DNA of 64,000 nt from an uncultured Acidobacteriaceae bacterium (GTDB taxonomy: Bacteria; Acidobacteriota; Terriglobia; Terriglobales; Acidobacteriaceae): assembly GCA_963798005.1 (NCBI GenBank), contig CAWCRZ010000020.1:22176-86175 (forward strand). Direction: 5' to 3'. This document shows positions 1 through 10,656 of this stretch, piece after piece. The notes under the pieces were generated by a model. That model saw only the letters and a program-made list of their open reading frames with translations. It made no database searches and had not been told where the DNA came from. Each line of letters starts with the position of its first letter. The first letter of the stretch is position 1. The translations under genes and the position numbers were made by a program.

Positions 1-215
1 CCACCTCGGCGCACAAGGGTAAATCGATCGCAGAGGCCGATCTGCGCGGGCCGGTTGCGTTTCTTGTGGGCAACGAAGGTGCGGGAATACCGAAGGCGCT
101 GCTGGCGCAGGCCGATGAGGTCGTGGCCATCCCGCAGGCGAGAAGCGTGGAGTCGCTCAACGCAGGCATTGCGGCGTCGATTGTGTTGTATGAAGCAGCC
201 CGGCAGAGAGGTTGA
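1..215 (+). CDS. TrmH/SpoU-family RNA methyltransferase, C-terminal fragment (5' end outside window)
   Basis: Frame 3 reads ...LVGNEGAGIPKALLAQADEVVAIPQARSVESLNAGIAASIVLYEAARQRG, the conserved C-terminal SpoU methylase region, with stop TGA at 213-215. It is absent from the ORF track because no start codon lies in the window. The listed 55..246 ORF is an overlapping wrong frame. Confidence 0.65.
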   Translation, partial: TSAHKGKSIAEADLRGPVAFLVGNEGAGIPKALLAQADEVVAIPQARSVESLNAGIAASIVLYEAARQRG

Positions 216-243
216 ACCACAAAGGCACAGAGGCACAGAGGTT
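216..243. repeat. left arm of CACAGAGGCACAGAG-type inverted repeat flanking the GxxExxY gene
   Basis: ACCACAAAGGCACAGAGGCACAGAGGTT starts 1 nt after the TrmH-like stop. Its reverse-complement partner is at 738-765, and the same motif recurs at 2114-2141, 2245-2272, 15242-15268 and 19594-19662. Confidence 0.8.
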
Positions 244-295
244 TAGAATTGCTTCATAGGCTCTCCGGTTCTTGAGGAGGTAGAAAGAGGGTTCC

Positions 296-730
296 TTGAG
301 AACGACATTCGACTCGGAAGCAGTGCCTCGGCTGGCGTGCAAAGCTGAATTGCCGGCAGACGCGGAGCAACCACTGACCCGGGAAATCATTGCCGCGGCG
401 ATGGAAGTCCACAGGTCGCTGGGGCCTGGTTTACTGGAGTCCGCCTACCAGGCTTGCCTGTGCCGCGAGCTCGAGATACGCCGAATCCCATTCCGGCAGC
501 AGGTCGAAATACCGATTACATACAAAGGCGTCAAACTTGACTGCGGGTACCGGATCGACTTGATCGTTAGTGACAAAGTTGTCCGCGAACTGAAGTCAAT
601 CCAAGAGATTCTGCCGGTACACGAGGCGCAGTTGCTGACTTACTTGCATCTGACCGGGCTGCGGAAAGGGCTGATGGTTAACTTCAACGTGGCTGTCCTG
701 AAGAACGGAATTCGCCGACGTGTTCTCTGA
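296..730 (+). CDS. GxxExxY family protein (small PD-(D/E)XK nuclease-like family)
   Basis: Product contains LTREIIAAAMEVHRSLGPGLLESAYQACLCRELEIRRIPF..., including the eponymous G-LL-E-SA-Y motif, and has the typical size. The TTG start at 296 is uncertain; a GTG near 323 is possible. Confidence 0.8.
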   Translation: MRTTFDSEAVPRLACKAELPADAEQPLTREIIAAAMEVHRSLGPGLLESAYQACLCRELEIRRIPFRQQVEIPITYKGVKLDCGYRIDLIVSDKVVRELKSIQEILPVHEAQLLTYLHLTGLRKGLMVNFNVAVLKNGIRRRVL

Positions 731-737
731 CTTGGTT

Positions 738-765
738 TTTCTCGGTGCCTCTGTGACTCTGTGGT
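738..765. repeat. right arm of CACAGAGGCACAGAG-type inverted repeat
   Basis: The reverse complement reads ACCACAGAGTCACAGAGGCACCGAGAAA, roughly 80-85 percent identical to the left arm at 216-243. It ends 11 nt before the rarA GTG. Confidence 0.8.
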
Positions 766-776
766 AAACGTAGTCT

Positions 777-2162
777 GTGAATCTTTTTCAGCAGCTTCCG
801 ACGCCTGACGATAGCGTGGACAAGTCGCGGCCACTGGCTGACCGCATGCGTCCACGCACACTGGACGAGTTCGTCGGCCAGGAACACATCCTGGCGCCCG
901 GCAAATCGCTGCGAGTGCAGATCGAGCGCGACGATACCGGCTCGCTCATCTTCTGGGGGCCACCCGGCGTAGGCAAGACGACGCTGGCGAAAATCATCGC
1001 CCGCATGACCCACGCCGACTTCATCGAATTTTCCGCGGTGCTGGCCGGCATCAAGGAAATCAAGCAGGTCATGGCCGACGCCGAGCGCGCTCGGCAGTAC
1101 GGCACCCGCACTATCGTGTTCGTGGACGAGGTGCATCGCTTCAACAAGGCGCAACAGGACGCCTTCCTGCCTTACGTCGAGAAGGGAAGCATTCGCCTGA
1201 TCGGAGCGACTACCGAGAATCCATCGTTCGAAGTCATTTCCGCGCTGCTGTCGCGCTGCCGGGTTTATGTACTCAATCCGCTTAGCGAAGAGCAGATTGT
1301 GCTCCTGCTGAAGCGCGCACTCCAGGACGCCGACCGCGGTCTCGGCGAGCTGCATCTGGAAGCTGACGACGAAGCCTTGCGAAAGATCGCGGCCTATTCC
1401 AGCGGCGATGCGCGCAGCGGGTACAACGTGCTGGAGGTCGCTGCGACGCTGGCGCTCGAACAGCAGAAGAAGGGCGCGCAGCCCCGCATCACCGACGCCA
1501 TCGTGACGGATGCGCTACAGAAGCGCGTGCTGCGGTACGACAAGGCGGGCGAGGAGCACTACAACCTGATCTCCGCGCTGCACAAGAGCGTGCGCAATAG
1601 CGATCCGGATGCTGCGCTCTATTGGCTAGCTCGCATGCTGGAGGCGGGCGAAGACCGGCTATACGTTGCGCGCCGCGTGGTGCGCATGGCGGTGGAAGAC
1701 ATCGGACTTGCGGACCCGAATGCGCTGGCAATTACCATCAGCGCTCGCGATGCCTTTGACTTCCTGGGAATTCCGGAAGGCGATCTCGCGCTGGCGCAAG
1801 CCGTCGTCTATCTGGCGGTTGCACCCAAGTCGAATGCGCTGTACACGGCATACGGCGCGGTGCAGGAAGACGTCGAACGCACGGCGCAAGACCCGGTTCC
1901 GCTGCATCTGCGCAACGCGCCGACCGGGTTGATGAAGGCCTTCGGTTACGGCGAGGGTTATCAGTACGCGCACAACCTGGAGTCGAAGGTGGCGGACATG
2001 CAGTGCCTGCCTGACAATCTCAAGGACCGCAACTACTACCATCCAACCGAGGAGGGCGTGGAGAAACGCATCAAGGCGCGGCTGGAAGAGATCAGGAAAG
2101 CAAGGGCGAGTTCACCACAGAGACACAGAGGCACAGAGAAAAAGAAATCAGAAAACAGCTGA
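777..2162 (+). CDS. rarA: replication-associated recombination protein A (AAA+ ATPase RarA/MgsA)
   Basis: Walker A GPPGVGKTTLAKIIA, VFVDEVHRFNKAQQDAFLPYVEKGSIRLIGATTENPSFEV, and an MgsA-type C-terminal domain. The last ~17 codons (SSPQRHRGTEKKKSENS) are read out of the repeat arm at 2114-2141. Confidence 0.9.
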   Translation: MNLFQQLPTPDDSVDKSRPLADRMRPRTLDEFVGQEHILAPGKSLRVQIERDDTGSLIFWGPPGVGKTTLAKIIARMTHADFIEFSAVLAGIKEIKQVMADAERARQYGTRTIVFVDEVHRFNKAQQDAFLPYVEKGSIRLIGATTENPSFEVISALLSRCRVYVLNPLSEEQIVLLLKRALQDADRGLGELHLEADDEALRKIAAYSSGDARSGYNVLEVAATLALEQQKKGAQPRITDAIVTDALQKRVLRYDKAGEEHYNLISALHKSVRNSDPDAALYWLARMLEAGEDRLYVARRVVRMAVEDIGLADPNALAITISARDAFDFLGIPEGDLALAQAVVYLAVAPKSNALYTAYGAVQEDVERTAQDPVPLHLRNAPTGLMKAFGYGEGYQYAHNLESKVADMQCLPDNLKDRNYYHPTEEGVEKRIKARLEEIRKARASSPQRHRGTEKKKSENS

Positions 2163-2272
2163 AGACTCGCCATAATCCCTGAGCTTCAATAAGCCGCCTG
2201 GCTACCAACCGATTCGATCCGACAGCGACTTCAAAGAATTGGAATTTCTCTGTGCCTCTGTGTCTCTGTGGT
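2114..2272. repeat. perfect 28-bp inverted repeat (ACCACAGAGACACAGAGGCACAGAGAAA and its reverse complement) with 103-nt spacer
   Basis: The arms at 2114-2141 and 2245-2272 are exact reverse complements. They lie between the convergent rarA and CoA-binding genes. Confidence 0.9.
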
Positions 2273-2679
2273 CAACGTCTCTTCATATGCTCCTTCAGAA
2301 TGCATTTATCCATGACAACGAAGATGCCCGCCTGGCGGGCTTTTTCAGCGGCTTCCTCGTGCACGACGCCTTCCTGCATCCAGATTGCCGGGGCCTTGAC
2401 CTGAATGGCGTGCTCCACTACTTCCGGAACGGCATCAGAGCGGCGAAAAACATCCACAATGTCAATTTTCTCCGGCACCTCGAGCAACGACGGATACGCC
2501 TTCTCGCCCATCCACTCCTGGATGTTGGGATTCACAGGGATGATGCGATAGCCGTGCGACTGCATATAGTGGGAGACGCCGTAGCTGGGCCGAAACGGAG
2601 TGTCGGTGAGTCCGACGACCGCGATAGTTTTCGCAGATTGCAGCAGTTGGGTGATGCGGTCGGATTCGCTGTTGGTCAA
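2272..2679 (-). CDS. CoA-binding domain protein (YccU/YneT-like)
   Basis: IAVVGLTDTPFRPSYGVSHYMQSHGYRIIPVNPN...IDIVDVFRRSDAVPEVVEHAIQVKAPAIWMQEG matches the CoA-binding Rossmann-like family. The stop codon (2272-2274) touches the repeat arm. Confidence 0.8.
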   Translation of the reverse strand: MTNSESDRITQLLQSAKTIAVVGLTDTPFRPSYGVSHYMQSHGYRIIPVNPNIQEWMGEKAYPSLLEVPEKIDIVDVFRRSDAVPEVVEHAIQVKAPAIWMQEGVVHEEAAEKARQAGIFVVMDKCILKEHMKRR

Positions 2680-2703
2680 CGATGGCTCCTGAGGGGCCGT
2701 GTT

Positions 2704-3390
2704 TTAGCGCTTGGCCTTAAGCTTGGTGGTCAGCCGCCGATGGGGACCGGGGGACGCCGCCAGCAGGCCTGACAGGTGTTCGACCTCAAGCACCACGCGG
2801 TCAAGATCGTCGATGAGCGGCTTCAACAGATGAGTCACACCACCGGCGCGATACTCGTTTACCAGCGTACGGTAATACCAGATAATCTTGGCCTTGGGAG
2901 CGGAGAAGCGCGCAAACGCCGAGTCTCCGTCGTAGCGCAGATCACGCAGTACGGCACGAGCGTTGTACAGCTTGTCGGCTGCGGAGACGAAGCGGGTGTC
3001 GGCATCCTCGTGGCTTACACGGCGCAGGTAGCGAAATTTCCGCCGCTCCCAACTTTCTTTCTTCTTCGGGTCCTCGGCATACGAGTCGGTGCAGCCATCG
3101 ACCATCTTGGCCACCCGCGGCCCGAACATCTGGTCGATAACCTTTAGCATCGGCCGTCCACCGTGGTCCTCGACCGCATCATGCAGGAGCGCAGCGATGG
3201 CCATCTCTTCGTCGCCGCCGTAATCGAGCACGATGGAAGCGACGCCGAGCAAATGCGAGACATAAGGAATGCCGCTCTTCTTGCGGTCTTGATTGCGATG
3301 CACCTGGGCGGCGAAAAGCAGGGCGTGATCGAAGCGGGTAGAGAGCGGGACGAACTTACGATCGAGGGAGGCTGAACGCCGAACGGCCAT
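2704..3390 (-). CDS. HD-domain phosphohydrolase, SpoT/RelA hydrolase-like
   Basis: ALLFAAQVHRNQDRKKSGIPYVSHLLGVASIVLDYGGDEEMAIAALLHDAVEDHG carries the H...HD...D metal-binding pattern of (p)ppGpp-hydrolase-type HD domains. Confidence 0.75.
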   Translation of the reverse strand: MAVRRSASLDRKFVPLSTRFDHALLFAAQVHRNQDRKKSGIPYVSHLLGVASIVLDYGGDEEMAIAALLHDAVEDHGGRPMLKVIDQMFGPRVAKMVDGCTDSYAEDPKKKESWERRKFRYLRRVSHEDADTRFVSAADKLYNARAVLRDLRYDGDSAFARFSAPKAKIIWYYRTLVNEYRAGGVTHLLKPLIDDLDRVVLEVEHLSGLLAASPGPHRRLTTKLKAKR

Positions 3391-3475
3391 GTCTCAGGAT
3401 AGCAATGCAGGCGCACTCCGGAATACTAGAAAACTGGCGCCGAACTGTGGAAAACCCGGACTGGTAAAACTCCCG

Positions 3476-4129
3476 TCAGGCGCAGTTGTTACAAGGCTGG
3501 CCCCGCAGGCCAAGTACTCCTTCCCGCGCGATGATTGGCACCATCACCAGAGCTGCTCCAGGATCGGCCCACCACCAGCCCAGCAACCCATGCAGCAGCA
3601 ACCCTGCCAACAGAATCGCCGATAGATACATGCAAAAGTCTGCCTGCCGCGAATCGGCGTGCAGCGCGCGGCTGGAGAGTTGCGCAGCCACGTGGCGCTT
3701 GGCACGCGCCAGCAGCGGCATCACAATTACGGCGGCTGCGGCGATCAGAATTCCAGGCAAGGTCCGTTCGGGCAGGGTTTTAGTCCACAGAGCGCGAATC
3801 GACTCCACCGTCACAAACGCCGCCAGCAACAGAAAGCAAATCCCGACCAGGCGATGTGCAACTCGCTCAGCGCGTTCGCGACGTCCCGCGTCAGCGTCGG
3901 CACAAAACCGCCAAAGCAGGATTCCCGCCGAAGCTGTCTCGATCACCGAGTCGAGCCCGAAGCCAATCAGAGCGACGCTGCCCGCGACTGCTCCCGCTGC
4001 CAGCGCGACCGCAGCTTCCAGGCCGTTCCAGGCCAGCGTGAAGTATTCCAGCCGCCGTCCGCGGACGATAAGAACACGACGGTCAGTCGAGCTTGTTGAG
4101 CCATCGAGGCTAACGGAGTCAGTCTTCAT
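3476..4129 (-). CDS. cation-efflux (CDF-like) membrane protein, transmembrane domain only
   Basis: Multi-helix hydrophobic protein with GSVALIGFGLDSVIETASAGILLWR and ADSRQADFCMYLS motifs resembling the cation diffusion facilitator transmembrane domain. Confidence 0.55.
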   Translation of the reverse strand: MKTDSVSLDGSTSSTDRRVLIVRGRRLEYFTLAWNGLEAAVALAAGAVAGSVALIGFGLDSVIETASAGILLWRFCADADAGRRERAERVAHRLVGICFLLLAAFVTVESIRALWTKTLPERTLPGILIAAAAVIVMPLLARAKRHVAAQLSSRALHADSRQADFCMYLSAILLAGLLLHGLLGWWWADPGAALVMVPIIAREGVLGLRGQPCNNCA

Positions 4130-4132
4130 CGC

Positions 4133-5209
4133 TCACGTGAGTATAAGCGGACGGACAGGAGCCAGCGGGAAGGGAAGTGCCTGCCGGAAAGCCTCCTGCA
4201 TCATGCGCTGGCGACGTTTTGCGCAGCGGGAGCGTACTGAATGGCCAGCAGGGTTTCGTCGTCGGCACGCTCGCGGGCCTCCGCGAAACGCGGCCACATG
4301 CTGCTTGCAGGCGTTCACCAGGTCGATGGGACAGCACATGTGCTGCTCTTCCAGAAAGCTGCGCAGCCGCTCCGCGCCATATTCGTCGCCACTTTCGTTT
4401 TCCGCTTCGCTAACTCCATCGGTGTACAACACCAGCGTCTCGCCTGGAACCATGCGGGCCTTGGCTACGCTGACGGTGTCGTCGGAGAAGTAGCCCAGGG
4501 GCTTGCAGGAACTCTCGAAGCTGCGTACGCCGGAATTGCCCACCAGCAGCACCGGCAAGTGGCCCGCATTGGCCATCACCAACTCACCGCTGGACGAGGC
4601 CTTACCAAAGACCAGGGTCGCATACTGCGTGGGCAGAGCGCTCTCGCGAAACAGCCGGTTGGCCCGCACCATCACCTCTTCCACCGAGAGCCGCAGCGGG
4701 ACCAGGGAGTGAAACACGGCGCGCAAGTTTGACGACAACATGGCGGCCGCTACGCCCTTGCCGGAAACGTCGGCCATGATGAAATACAGGTGGCCGTCTT
4801 CCTTGATGACGTCGCAATAATCGCCGCTGACCATGCCCGCCGGCTGATAGTGATAAGAAATTTCCCAACCCGAAATGGCGAGGTCCTGCGGCGGCAGCAG
4901 ACCTTTCTGGATTTGCGCCGCTAGCTCCAGATCGTATTCCAGCGCGCGCGCCTGCTGGGGTGTCAAGCAGTCAAGGCAGACGCGAGCCAGAGGGTTTTCC
5001 AGCAGCCGCTCGTTCTCCACCGTGCCCAGACAGGCCTCGCACACGCCGAAGGTACCGTGATCAATGCGATGCAGCGCGCTGTCCACTTCCCCCAGCAGCC
5101 GTAGCACGTGCTCGCTCTCGTTCTCGGCCAGCACGTCGGCCAGGCGTGCGCGCCCAGCCAGCAGTTGCTCGCGGACGCTGTTAACGTACACCGTTTCACC
5201 AATCGCCAT
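4133..5209 (-). CDS. PP2C/SpoIIE-family serine phosphatase with N-terminal DksA/TraR-type C4 zinc finger; C-terminus probably frameshifted
   Basis: CEACLGTVENERLLENPLARVCLDC gives CxxC-N17-CxxC. The PP2C core includes GDYCDVI, FIMADVSGKGVAAAM and LVLYTDGVSEA. ATG at 5209 is preferred over the track start at 5251. The expected terminal DDxTLL motif (ADDETLLAIQY, stop 4201-4203) lies in another frame from about 4282. Confidence 0.8.
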   Translation of the reverse strand: MAIGETVYVNSVREQLLAGRARLADVLAENESEHVLRLLGEVDSALHRIDHGTFGVCEACLGTVENERLLENPLARVCLDCLTPQQARALEYDLELAAQIQKGLLPPQDLAISGWEISYHYQPAGMVSGDYCDVIKEDGHLYFIMADVSGKGVAAAMLSSNLRAVFHSLVPLRLSVEEVMVRANRLFRESALPTQYATLVFGKASSSGELVMANAGHLPVLLVGNSGVRSFESSCKPLGYFSDDTVSVAKARMVPGETLVLYTDGVSEAENESGDEYGAERLRSFLEEQHMCCPIDLVNACKQHVAAFRGGPRACRRRNPAGHSVRSRCAKRRQRMMQEAFRQALPFPLAPVRPLILT

Positions 5210-5376
5210 AGCTAACCACCTTATGAGAGTTAGAGGGTTAAAGACAGGCACTGGATGCAGTCTTTTTCGACTTTTCTACGTTGTCATCCTACAACCGATG
5301 GCCAACGGAACCACTCCGCTTCTTGCGGCCAAAGCGGATTCGATTTTCGGGGAATGGCCAGGTACCCGACGTAAGC

Positions 5377-5404
5377 AAAAGCGGCGACGCCGAGGCATCG
5401 CCGC
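5377..5404 (-). terminator. rho-independent terminator candidate downstream of the 5461..5838 gene
   Basis: On the minus strand: GCGGCGATGCCTCGGCGTCGCCGC hairpin followed by TTTT. Confidence 0.5.
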
Positions 5405-5460
5405 TGGCTCGGTCGCGAACTAAATCGTGCCCGTAGCGGTCCCGAGGACAATTCAGTACA

Positions 5461-5838
5461 TCAGGGGTTTGCCGAGCCGCACGTCTCCGATATTTGTTTC
5501 ACGCCCTCGACGGTGAGAGCGGGTTCCTCGGTTGCGCTGGATGCAATCCCCTTCTCGGTTGTGTCTGTGGTCTTCAGGCCAGGCTTGCCAGTGATCTCGA
5601 CTCGGCGGCCGACATATCGGCTGAGTCTGGCGGTATTGCCTTGGAGTTCATGGATCGTGCCAGTGTTGTCTGTGACCGTGTAATCGCCGCCGGAGCTTTG
5701 CAGGCAACCTTGAACTGTAGTCTGGCTGGAGGTATTGCCGGCAGCTTGCCATGAATCTAATCCGGGGTACCCCGATTGCGCCTGCAACCAAACGGCAGAG
5801 GCCAGCAGCGCTAGAGTAAACAGCAGTGTCTTGCGCAT
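5461..5838 (-). CDS. small secreted protein, paralog 1 of a 4-copy tandem family (intact)
   Basis: Signal peptide MRKTLLFTLALLASAVWLQAQ, then the family core TVQGCLQSSGGDYTVTDNTGTIHELQG...VGRRVEITGKPGLKTTDTT and a C-terminal ETC motif. Confidence 0.75.
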   Translation of the reverse strand: MRKTLLFTLALLASAVWLQAQSGYPGLDSWQAAGNTSSQTTVQGCLQSSGGDYTVTDNTGTIHELQGNTARLSRYVGRRVEITGKPGLKTTDTTEKGIASSATEEPALTVEGVKQISETCGSANP

Positions 5839-5938
5839 AAAGCCTCCTTCTGCGTAATTAGACGCGCGCTGGCGGACTAAGGTTAGCTCGATCAGCGACG
5901 CCGGAACTCTCCCCAGGGGTTTTCGATTCGTTTAGGCG

Positions 5939-6293
5939 TCAGTAGCTTTTGCACGTATCCGCTACCTGCTTTACGGTTTTCACTTCAAAAACCGTGATCA
6001 CCTTTACGCTGGATGCACCCCCCGGCGGAGTGGTGTCCTGGCTCCTCGTCCCAGGCTTTCCGGTGACTTCGACTTCATGTCCAACCTGGTGGGCGAGCTT
6101 ACCAAGACTGCCCACCAGAGTATGCGCTGTGCCATCGCTGTCGGTGAGGGTGTATTGGTAATCGGCGCTCTGGAGGCAGCCCTGGAGCGTGGTCACGATC
6201 GGCCTTGTTCTTTTCCGAGGATGGATTCGCGGGTTGCGCCTGTAACCCGGCGGCCGTGAGCAGCAGCAGTGCCAGCATGAGTATCTTGTGCAT
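5939..6293 (-). pseudogene. small secreted protein paralog 2, signal peptide and mature part in different frames
   Basis: MHKILMLALLLLTAAGLQAQPANPSSEKNKAD (frame of 6099..6293) is followed in another frame by TTLQGCLQSADYQYTLTDSDGTAHTLVG..HQVGHEVEVTGKPGTRSQDTT...VADTCKSY (5939..6196). One frame break lies near 6200. Confidence 0.65.
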
Positions 6294-6360
6294 AAACGTC
6301 CCTTCGATGAGGATCAGATTGCGCGTTCGCCTTCGACGCTGTAAAACACGCGCGCAAATG

Positions 6361-6716
6361 TCACTTCGCCTGGCACGTGTCCGCTACGTGGGTCACGGTA
6401 TTCACGTCAAAAACCGGCTGCTCCACTGCGCTGGAAGCCGTGCCCCAGGAGGTCGTGTCGGTGGTCTTCATCCGAGCTTACCGGTGATCTGGACTTCGTG
6501 ACCGACGTGGTGGCTGAGCTTATTGGCATAACCTGACAGCCGATGCACCGTCCCATTCTTCTCGGTGAGGGTGTAGTGACCACTTGGAGCTCTGCAGGCA
6601 GCCTTCAATCGTGTCGGTGCGGAGGCTTGTTGTTGTCCGACGATGGATTCGCAGGTTGCGCCTGCAACCAGGCGGCAGAGAGCAGTAGCAGAGCAAGCGA
6701 GCAGATGTTTTGGCAT
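6361..6716 (-). pseudogene. small secreted protein paralog 3, about four frame breaks
   Basis: The pieces SLALLLLSAAWLQAQPANPSSDNNK / TIEGCLQSS / SGHYTLTEKNGTVHRLSGYANKLSHHVGHEVQITGKLG / KTTDTTSWGTASSAVEQPVFDVNTVTHVADTCQAK are spread over three frames. Confidence 0.6.
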
Positions 6717-6791
6717 AAGAGACTCCTCCCTTCACGGCGTTTGAGCTTTGCCGCTCCGTCAGGCGGCAGTCAATAGGTGTTCGCCGTGTGT

Positions 6792-7212
6792 TCACGCGGA
6801 ACTGCTGTCCCGCGTGTGAGTAGCGAGCGAAGGGACGCGTGATTCACATGGCGGCTTGCAGGTATCGGCGATGTGCTTAATGCTACTTTACCCGGAAAAC
6901 GTGCTGCTGGTGGGCAGTAGACGCATGCACCCTGCTGCGTGGTGCCGGTGGTCTTCACCGAATCGGCGTGCCGGTGATGGCGACCGTCGTGGCCGATATG
7001 GTCGGTGAGCTGTATTGGCGTTATAGCCGGAAAGAAAGTACTTCGCGCCGCTACTGTCGGTCAGGGTAATAATGGCCGCCTGGCAGCCGAAAGGCAGCCC
7101 GTGGATCGTGCTCTCGGTCGGTCATGCCAGACGACTTGCCCATATTGTCCTGCGCCAGCAACCAGGCAAGCCGAAAGCAGGAGCACCACAGAAGAACCAG
7201 CGTCTTGCGCAT
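6792..7212 (-). pseudogene. small secreted protein paralog 4, heavily degraded
   Basis: ATG at 7212 gives the MRKTLVLL... signal-like start. Later pieces TIHG..GCQAAIITLTDSSGAKYFLSG, DHIGHD, KTTGTTQQG and IADTCKPP lie in different frames. Boundaries are approximate. Confidence 0.45.
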
Positions 7213-7297
7213 AGAGAACCTCCTTCTGAAGGGGCCAGCCTACAGGCCGTTCGCAAGTACTCGAAAATGCCCGGCCTAACCCCGGAGGTAAAAACTG

Positions 7298-10207
<2,910 letters not shown>

Positions 10208-10242
10208 CTAACAGCAGTCGGGCCCGGCACCTCTTTTGCCAA

Positions 10243-10271
10243 TTGACCTCGGCAGCAATCGACCGCATAAT
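10243..10271 (+). promoter_or_regulatory. sigma-70-like promoter candidate for the 10314 gene
   Basis: TTGACC (10243-10248), 17-nt spacer, CATAAT (10266-10271). AAGGTGG lies upstream of the GTG start at 10314. Confidence 0.45.
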
Positions 10272-10313
10272 TTCAGTGCCTGACGATTACCGCTACTCAT
10301 AAGGTGGCCCGCT

Positions 10314-10553
10314 GTGAAAAAACAAACGAAGGCCCGCCGTCCTTTCTCGACGGCAGGCGAGAAGCTGGACGATGTGCTGGGCGATACCACCAAGCGTATC
10401 GAGGACGAGACGCAGAAGCTGCTGGCCTACATCAACGACGAACTGGTGCCGGCGATCCGCGAGCATTCGAGCAATGCGCTGCGCATTGCCAGCGAGAAGA
10501 TGGCCCAGGCCGCCGAGCTGATGGAATCCGAAACCAAGCGGCGGAAGCGCTGA
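10314..10553 (+). CDS. hypothetical small protein (79 aa, helical, charged)
   Basis: ORF with a plausible RBS and promoter, divergent from alaS. No family recognised. Confidence 0.5.
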   Translation: MKKQTKARRPFSTAGEKLDDVLGDTTKRIEDETQKLLAYINDELVPAIREHSSNALRIASEKMAQAAELMESETKRRKR

Positions 10554-10590
10554 CGAGCGGTCCAGAGACGGCGGTCGAGCAGTCCCATCG

Positions 10591-10652
10591 GGGGCTGAAG
10601 CCCCTGTTTAGGGTGCTTGGCTACGGCACGGCTAAAGCCGTGCCCCTTCAAA
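10591..10652. repeat. bipartite REP-like element (GGGGCTGAAGCCCC ... GGCACGGCTAAAGCCGTGCC-CCTTCAAA)
   Basis: Two GC-rich hairpins about 20 nt apart, between the 10314 gene and rlpA. The same architecture is found at 20178-20239 (inverted) and 20272-20333. Confidence 0.8.
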
Positions 10653-10656
10653 TCCG

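Noticed and set aside
55-246. 63-aa ORF MRFLWATKVREYRRRCW...
   Set aside because: Wrong frame over the TrmH-like C-terminus, and its tail is the translated CACAGAG repeat arm.
3486-4493. 335-aa plus-strand ORF
   Set aside because: Antisense to the CDF-like and PP2C genes. Ser/Arg/Ala-rich with no motifs.
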